Shown here: in pieces, positions 1 to 7,604 of the stretch
Position numbering within the stretch: position 1 is the first letter of the stretch
How the letters are laid out: every line of letters starts with the position of its first letter
DNA from: Oikopleura dioica
Taxonomy: Eukaryota > Animalia > Chordata
Length of the DNA stretch: 64,000 nt
Assembly: GCA_907165135.1 (NCBI GenBank)
Contig: OU015567.1
Span: forward strand, 16,094,757 to 16,158,756
Direction: 5' to 3'
Notes under the pieces: model-generated
What the model saw: the letters and a program-made list of their open reading frames with translations, nothing else
What the model was told of the DNA's origin: nothing
Databases searched by the model: none
Translations under genes and position numbers: made by a program

Positions 1-2258
1 ACATTAAATTGTTCGATCAATCAAATAAAATTTACCCCTGAATCATTCGTAGAGTTTCAAAAATCTGACCCAGTATTATCACAAGTTAGACGTTTCGTTA
101 GTATTGATAGATGGCCAAATAACCCACCAAGCGAGCTTTACCCATTCCTTTTACGTAGACCTGACCTTGAAATCCTTGGGTCTGGTGAGCTAGCTATAAA
201 TTCTCCAGCCTATCAAAAAAGATTTTGCGTCCCCGAGGCATTGACAGAGACAATTTGCAGCGAATATCATGATCACTCTCATTTCGGAGTCGATATTACA
301 ACCGAAAAAATTTCTAGAAAGTATTTTTGGCCGGGATTAAAAAATACAGTCGCGAGCTTTCTAAAATCATGTCACAAATGTCAAATTTCAAAACCAAATC
401 TACAGCCTAACAAACCTCCTTTAGGCAAATCTGAAACACCAAGCAGCCCTTTTGAAAGTTTGTACTTTGATTTAATTGGCCCACTTCAAGAAACTGATTT
501 TGGTCATAAATATATAATGGTGGTTATTGACGGTTTTAGCAAAAAAAGTTTACGCGGAGCCCCTATCGTGCAAAAAATCGGATTATTTACTGCAAAAATT
601 CCGGAGCGTATTATTTAGAAATCCAAAATTTCCAAAATATATGGTTTTAGATAACGCGAAGGAACACGTTCTGATTGAAAAATTTTTGAAAGAAAATAAA
701 ATTGGTGTACATTATATTCCCCCGCGTCATCCCCAATCTAACGGGCAAGTTGAAAACGTCAATAGAACCATAAAAGCCAGGCTCAGGGCTCGTTCAAATT
801 GGGTGAATTGGGATATTTTTCTGTTTGAAATTGTTCACGAAATAAACAGTAGTTTACACACAGTACTCGGAACAACCCCATTTTGTGTAGAAACTGGTAT
901 AAAAAGCAGTCATCATTTTCAAGACCCTTATTGGCGAACATACGGAGATAAAATCGACGTAGACTTTGAGAAAATTCGTGCGAAAATTGAACAAGAAAAG
1001 CAAAAAAAGAATGACCAAATTTGAAAATCCCCGTTTCAAAGAATACAATTTAGGCGATAAAGTTCTTATTAAAAATTTCCGCGAAAAATTTCCTCCGTTT
1101 TTAGGTCCTTATGAAGTGACGTTTAAATCCCCGAGTGGTCTGTGGTACGCTGTTAAAAATGATAAGGACGAATTTAGGCGACATGCGGAACATATGAAAA
1201 GTTATTCTCAGCGAAATTCAATTTTAGAGACGAATAATGATGTTGAAAAATACTCCAAGATTGTGACAAAGCCACAAGAGAACGATCTCGAGTTTTTTGA
1301 ATTTTTTTCCGAAAACTGTCTTTTTTCGAAGGATTCCCTCGGCCGGTTTGCTGAAAATTCCCCCACAGAAAAAGAATCGGAAAAAGCGCATGAACCTTTC
1401 TCCTCCGAAAGGTCAGATCAGTCTTTACAATCGGAACCTTATCGGGAGCGGTCTAGTTCTTCTTCAGAACCAGAAAATTTTTCATCCTCATCGACTCTTT
1501 TGATAGAAATGCCAGTACCGAATATAAATGGTAATCAAGAACGTGATTTGAATCAAGTAGGAAATGGATCAGACATTGTGCTTGATTCCGAGAAATCAAG
1601 TTCTGATTCTGAGCTCTCTGTTAATTTGACATCGTACGATAAATTGCCCGAAATTGATCCGCTAGTTGCTTTAAAACGTAGAAGGGAAAGATCTGATGAT
1701 TCCGTTGTCGAGCGTAAAATTGCTAAATTTACAGTTGAAAATAATTTGGAAAACATGTCAATTTTAATTAAAATGGAAAATCATGATCTTGACTTTTTCG
1801 AACATCTTAATGATAAATGGAAAAATACAGACGACATAGAGGAGACCTATGTTGAAAATGGTATATTTATCAAACTGAACGAATTAACAAGAGACTCTCT
1901 TTTATTCATTCTTTTTAAAATGAATCAGGAATTTGATCTTGAGGAATCAAGGGCAAAACTTCAGATAAAAGTGAAGGAAACTATTCGTAGAGAATATCCG
2001 AATTGGCGTAAATCGAGAAACGAACAACTCCTTTTTTTTGCGGTCTTTAGAGTGCAAAAAGAGCGAACGTTGTACGAACTAACTGTCCCCGAGCTAAAAA
2101 CTGTATGCGCATTTTATGATTTACCCTGTAAATTTCGAAACTGCTCAAAAACAATTTTACAGGCATCTATCGAAACAGAACTGCTTAAAAAATTTCCAAA
2201 TCATCCAATGCGTAAAAATGTTCTTGTTTTTCTTCCGGACTTTGAAACTGAAATATAA
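1..2258 (+). CDS. pol: pol 3' part (RNase H/IN junction, integrase, C-terminal extension), family A; two homopolymer frameshifts near 545 and 1005
   Basis: ORFs 241-618, 527-1024 and 966-2258 join into YHDHSH..CHKC, YFDLIG, LDNAKEH..GQVE, FLGPY. The breaks are A7 runs where the sister copy (43091-43562) has A6. Confidence 0.9.
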
Positions 2259-2308
2259 AAAAAGATGGGCGATAAAGATGCTCGTTTGGGACCCATGGAA
2301 GGTCACAG

Positions 2309-3514
2309 TGATATCCTTAGGGAACAACGCCTCAAGCCAAATAAAAATTTTTATTTCACGGCCAAATATTTACGCCAATTCGGTTCTACGTTAGTTTAAA
2401 TTTGTCTTGTCAGCTTGGTATCACCAAATTGATCAGACATATTTGCAAAAATCATTTCACGATATTCTACTTAAAATGAAAAGATGGTCAGTTTTAACGA
2501 GCCAGATTGACCCAAAATTGTCTTATCATCATGTCATCTCCTTACGATCTATACGTTCTATCATTGGAATGCTCATATGCTCTCATCATAATACTTTTCT
2601 AGTGCAATCTGATGTCAATTCATCCAAAAATATGCTATTTGCAAAACTGCATGTTTAATCTATTTATCGATATTTCTTATCATTGCTTTGCGATTTTTAA
2701 AGTTCGATTATTGACAGTGCATACGATTCAACTTCTACAACAAGAAAGTCGTCAACATCTTCTTCAACAACAACTACTCCAAGGAGCCGATAAACCGTCG
2801 TATCATCTCGGTGCCGTGGGGTCGGACAAACTCTATGTCAGGGCGTCCGCTTGTCGCAAATTAGCTCATCCGTAAGAGAAGATACGGTGCGAACCGCGAC
2901 AGTAACTTCCCCCGGGTATGTTCCTTGGAATTTGCTTCTTCTGTGATTTCAATTTTGATAAATTCATTTTATAAAATCCTGACCAAATTTTATTCAATTT
3001 ATTTGTTAAAATTTTGTATATATTCTTTTTACTTTTCTCATCCTTTTTTTATTTCAACCATAATTAACAGTCACTTCTACGGTCACATAGTGAGAAGTTT
3101 AAGTGGCTGTTATTATTTTCTGCTTTTTATTTTGAAAAAATTAATTTGCGTTTTATCTCGTCACGCGCGGCGCCGGCTCCCGAAACCTTTGAAAATAACT
3201 TGCTTGGCAAGTTCGATCAGCTCGTCTTCCGAAAAGAAATCGATCCGAAAGGATTTCCCGCAAGAAAAACCGCTAAAGAAAGCCACGGGCTCTCTTCCTT
3301 GTTTTCAAAAGAAAAATTGTTTTTCAAAAACAACCGCTTGTTCAAAAACACTGATCAAATCTCGCTGCTATTTAACCCCGCGTCGCGCCTTTTTCAGTCA
3401 TTCAAATCACAAATAAAACCACGCAAATTTAAAATTTGATTCTCGTTATTTTGGCTTGGCATTCTAGAGTTAGAGATCGAGCAAAATTCTTGCAGGACAG
3501 CCGCTTCCGTATCA
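2309..3514 (+). repeat. 3' LTR of family A copy 1 (1206 bp)
   Basis: TGATA...TATCA termini. Homologous to the copy-7 LTRs, which carry an extra ~90 bp. Confidence 0.93.
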
Positions 3515-3608
3515 TTTTCAGATGATTTTCAGGTCATAAAAATCAAAGAAAAAAATCAAGAAAAATTTTGAAGCGTTTTTTGGCGTTTTCAGATGATTTT
3601 TAGGTCAT
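3515..3608 (+). repeat. ~69-bp subtelomeric satellite (short block)
   Basis: Monomer consensus AAAAATTCTGATGCGTTTTTTGGCGTTTTCAGATGATTTTCAGGTCATAAAAATCAAAAAAAATCAAG. Confidence 0.95.
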
Positions 3609-4020
3609 TGATACGAATAGAGGAAAGAACACAAGAAAAAAATGAAAAATTGAATATCCTAGTCACATAAATATTTTCGCCAATTAGGTTGATTAGGCAT
3701 GAATTTCACAGATATAATTTCCGACGATTTTCGGAGCCAAATCTCGGATGCTTGCATGAATTCATAAATCTCTATCTTTCCCTCATAACGTACGCGTTAT
3801 TTCACAATTCAAAGGCACATTAGCCACCCGTTTCGGCGGTTCTTTATTTAAACTCTTTCTAGTGCTCACTACTTCTTTTGTTTAATTTATTAACTGGTTA
3901 TTATTATTGATGAATCAAGCTGACTCTTCTATGTCTTCAAAACGATGATGGCAATTCTTCTTGACGATAAAAATCAATTGGCTTTTTACTACTTCGACGG
4001 AGCTGTTGCATGAATTTCAT

Positions 4021-4107
4021 CCTCTAGCTGAGTTCCGCTTTAAGCGGCTTGACAGTGTGACCCCGTGCTCCTCGGGATGGCGCTGTCTGTAAGTGCTCCT
4101 AGGTAGG
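4021..4107 (+). ncRNA. Putative conserved structured RNA element in the LTRs of families B, C and D (function unknown)
   Basis: Covarying stems GACAGTG/CGCTGTC (B), GATACTG/CGGTATC (C), GACACTG/CGGTGTC (D). Covarying hairpins CCGCT-TTA-AGCGG, CCTC-TTT-GAGG, CCGT-TTCG-ACGG. G-U pairs favour the element sense strand. Confidence 0.55.
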
Positions 4108-4431
4108 CAATATTGATTGAACACCTTTCTGGCTCGCTTTAGGAAAGCTGACCACTCTCCTCAAACCGACAGAATTGCAGCTTCAACAATGGCGGCGACT
4201 TCTCTGACAACAACGACGACTACGCAATGGACTGACAACGATTATTGGAACTGGCTTTGGAAAAGTATTGATAAAAATTCATTAAATTCTATCAAAAAAG
4301 GGATACGGCCACATAGTGGGAAGTTGAACTTTTTTGATATGATTTATTTCTTGCGATAAAATTTGAGCGCACGTGGCTGTTGGACCGAAATCGAAATCAA
4401 CGAAGAAAAACAAATGCGCGAAAGCGCTGCA

Positions 4432-4482
4432 CCTTATTTGGAAAGAAAAACATCGGCGCGAAATGCGCTGCGCCTTATTTGG
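4432..4482 (+). promoter_or_regulatory. Two CArG-box-like motifs CCTTATTTGG in the family B LTR (two in D, one in C)
   Basis: Exact CC(A/T)6GG match at 4432-4441 and 4473-4482; 39922-39931 and 39963-39972; 15799-15808. Confidence 0.4.
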
Positions 4483-4637
4483 AAAGAATAGCACCTGCGC
4501 GAAACGCGAAATTAAAATTTGAAAATTTGAAAAATCACTCTCTCCATACTCAAAATAATACAGCCACGTTTTGAAATTTTGGCGTCATTCTTTGCAAGAT
4601 TCTAGCTTAGAGAGCATTTGAGCAGCAAAACGGTATC

Positions 4638-5368
4638 ATGGTGAACACGCAAGACTCCAACTTCAAGGTAAATAAAATGCCCGAAGAATTACTTTTGCCA
4701 CTTTTCCTTCCCTCAATTCTCGTCAATTTTTCGGCCTAATATGCTGTCGTATGAATTTACAATTTCTAAGAATAATTTGAGCGACAAAATATCCGCGATG
4801 CGAAAATTTTCGACAAAAGTATTAAGGATCACAATCGAGAGTCTGACCGTAATAATTTAGAAAAAGCTTTTGACAGACAAGTCGTAGACTGCATTCGCAA
4901 TAATTGCTCACACGAATTTATGAATAATTATGGGCGGGAAATGGCAAATTTCGAAAATATGGATGAAGTTTTTGATTTTCTGGAATCTGTTTTCGGAAGT
5001 GAGTCTGAGGATGAAAAGCGAGAGCGGGCGGGAGTCGAACTCGAAAATCTTTGTCGAAGATCGGAAATGAATGAGAAGTTTTCGTCATTTTTGACAAGAA
5101 TTAAAACCGTCAAGAGCTTATTTCTGATAAACAAGATGCAAGAGACTTTATTATTAATGCTCACTTTATGAAAAGCCTTGAGCCAGCGAACAAGTCGTTT
5201 TTACGTGATCATGGTGTCAGTAAAAAGAGTGCTCAGGAAATTGCCACATTTTTGGACTCACGGGAGCGGTTTTTGAGTGTGAATGTTTCCTCGATCGAGT
5301 CAGCAAATCTTGCGTCCTTTGTTGATCGAACGAGCGAACTTTTGGATTCAAAATTGACTCAGATGGAG
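4638..5368 (+). pseudogene. gag: gag fragment, family B (frameshifted, truncated)
   Basis: MVNTQDSNFKV... is the same as 12174-13240. Several 1-nt indels, and no zinc knuckles because of the truncation. Confidence 0.85.
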
Positions 5369-6514
5369 GCAATAAAAATCAAAAAAAAAAATCAAGGAAA
5401 ATTCTGATGCGTTTTTTGGCGTTTTCAGATGATTTTCAGAACATAAAAATCAAATAAAAAAATCAAGAAAAATTCTGATGCGTTTTTTGGCGTTTTCAAA
5501 TGATTTTCAGGACATAAAAATCAAAAAAATCAAGAAAAATTCTGATGCGTTTTTGGCGTTTTCAGATGATTTTAAGGCCATAAAAATCAAAAAAAAATCA
5601 AGGAAAATTCTGATGCGTTTTTTGGCGTTTTCAGATGATTTTCAGGTCATTAAAATCAAAAAAAAATCAAGAAAAATTCTAATGCGTTTTTTGGCGTTTT
5701 AAGATGATTATTAATTCATAAATTTCAAAAAAAATCAAGAAAAATTCTGATGCGTTTTTTGGCGTTTTCAGATGATTTTAAGGTCATAAAAATCAAAGAA
5801 AAAAATCAAGAAAAATTTTTAAGCGTTTTTTGGCGTTTTCAGATGATTTTCAATGCATAAAAATCAAAAAAAAATATCAAGAAATATTCTGATGCGTTTT
5901 TTGTCGTTTTCAGATGATTTTCAGTTCAAAAAAATCATAAAAAAAATCAAGAAAAATTCTGATGCATTTTTTGGCGTTTTCAAGTTATTTTCTGGTCATA
6001 AAAATCATAAAAAAATCAAGAATAATTCTGATGCGTTTTTTGGCGTTTTCAGATGATTTTCAGTTCATTAAAACCAAAAAAAAACTAAAAAATTCTGATG
6101 CGTTTTTTGGCGTTTTCAGATGATTTTCAGGCCATAAAAATCAAAAAAAAAAAATCAAGGAAAATTCTGATGCGTTTTTGGCGTTTTCAGATGATTTTTA
6201 GAACATAAAAATCAAAAAATCAAGAAAAATTCTGATGCGTTTTTGGCATTTTCCGATGATTTTCAGGTCATTAAAATCATAAAAAAAATCAAGAAAAATT
6301 CTGATGCGTTTTTTGGCGTTTTCAGATGATTTTCAGGTCAATAAAATCATAAAAAAAAATCAAGAAAAATTCTGATGCGTTTTTTGGCGTTTGCAGATGA
6401 TATAAAGGTCATAAAAATCAAAAAAAAATCAAGGAAAATTCTGATGCGTTTTTTGGCGTTTTCAGATGATTTTCAGGTCATAAAAATCAAAAAAAAATCA
6501 AGAAAAATTCTGAT
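5369..6514 (+). repeat. ~69-bp satellite array
   Basis: About 16-17 tandem monomers. Confidence 0.97.
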
Positions 6515-7542
6515 TGATACCGTTTTGCTGCTCAAATGCTCTCTAAGCTAGAATCTTGCAAAGAATGACGCCAAAATTTCAAAACGTGGCTGTATTATTT
6601 TGAGTATGGAGAGAGTGATTTTTCAAATTTTCAAATTTTAATTTCGCGTTTCGCGCAGGTGCTATTCTTTCCAAATAAGGCGCAGCGCATTTCGCGCCGA
6701 TGTTTTTCTTTCCAAATAAGGTGCAGCGCTTTCGCGCATTTGTTTTTCTTCGTTGATTTCGATTTCGGTCCAACAGCCACGTGCGCTCAAATTTTATCGC
6801 AAGAAATAAATCATATCAAAAAGTTCAACTTCCCACTATGTGGCCGTATCCCTTTTTGATAGAATTTAATGAATTTTTATCAATACTTTTCCAAAGCCAG
6901 TTCCAATAATCGTTGTCAGTCCATTGCGTAGTCGTCGTTGTTGTCAGAGAAGTCGCCGCCATTGTTGAAGCTGCAATTCTGTCGGTTTGAGGAGAGTGGT
7001 CAGCTTTCCTAAAGCGAGCCAGAAAGGTGTTCAATCAATATTGCCTACCTAGGAGCACTTACAGACAGCGCCATCCCGAGGAGCACGGGGTCACACTGTC
7101 AAGCCGCTTTAAGCGGAACTCAGCTAGAGGATGAAATTCATGCAACAGCTCCGTCGAAGTAGTAAAAAGCCAATTGATTTTTATCGTCAAGAAGAATTGC
7201 CATCATCGTTTTGAAGACATAGAAGAGTCAGCTTGATTCATCAATAATAATTACCAGTTAATAAATTAAACAAAAGAAGTAGTGAGCACTAGAAAGAGTT
7301 TAAATAAAGAACCGCCGAAACGGGTGGCTAATGTGCCTTTGAATTGTGAAATAACGCGTACGTTATGAGGGAAAGATAGAGATTTATGAATTCATGCAAG
7401 CATCCGAGATTTGGCTCCGAAAATCGTCGGAAATTATATCTGTGAAATTCATGCCTAATCAACCTAATTGGCGAAAATATTTATGTGACTGGGATATTCA
7501 ATTTTTCATTTTTTTCTTGTGTTCTTTTTTCTATTCGTATCA
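6515..7542 (-). repeat. 3' LTR, family B
   Basis: Direct repeat of 13240-14267. Confidence 0.96.
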
Positions 7543-7604
7543 GTATGACCCGTCATGGGTATCTTTTTCTCGGAGCATCTTTTTAGGAAAAAACAAATTG
7601 AATA

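Larger units (their letters stand above)
1..3514 (+). mobile_element. Ty3/gypsy LTR retrotransposon, family A copy 1 (5' part outside the window)
   Basis: Integrase (HHCC, DDE, GPY) followed by an LTR TGATATCC...CCGTATCA at 2309-3514, which matches the LTRs at 40500-41795 and 47409-48701. The 3' flank is satellite (TTTTC). Confidence 0.95.
3609..4638 (+). repeat. 5' LTR of family B (1030 bp)
   Basis: TGATACG...CGGTATCA, directly followed by TGGTGAACAC. Confidence 0.95.
3609..5368 (+). mobile_element. Family B copy (5' LTR plus partial gag), 3'-truncated into satellite
   Basis: LTR 3609-4638 is near-identical to 13240-14267 (reverse). Gag homology ends at ...CAGATGGAG, about 5368, and joins satellite. 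Confidence 0.93.

Noticed and set aside
2318-2323. TTAGGG near the start of the family A LTR as a telomere-targeting signal
   Set aside because: It is a single hexamer, absent from the B, C and D termini, and expected by chance.
4021-4107. Assignment of the LTR structure to hammerhead, HDV, twister, pistol or hatchet ribozymes, or to tRNA
   Set aside because: Required cores are not found by eye on either strand: no CUGANGA plus GAAA, no HDV P2 partner, no cloverleaf or T-loop. It is left unassigned.
4117-4574. Short ORFs in LTRs (MNTFLAR..., MDRNRNQ..., MNSLGGG..., MSSCKHP..., MRFISSR...)
   Set aside because: They recur only because LTRs are repeated. They are not conserved between families, except LFGKKN, which is the CCTTATTTGGAAAG DNA motif read in frame.
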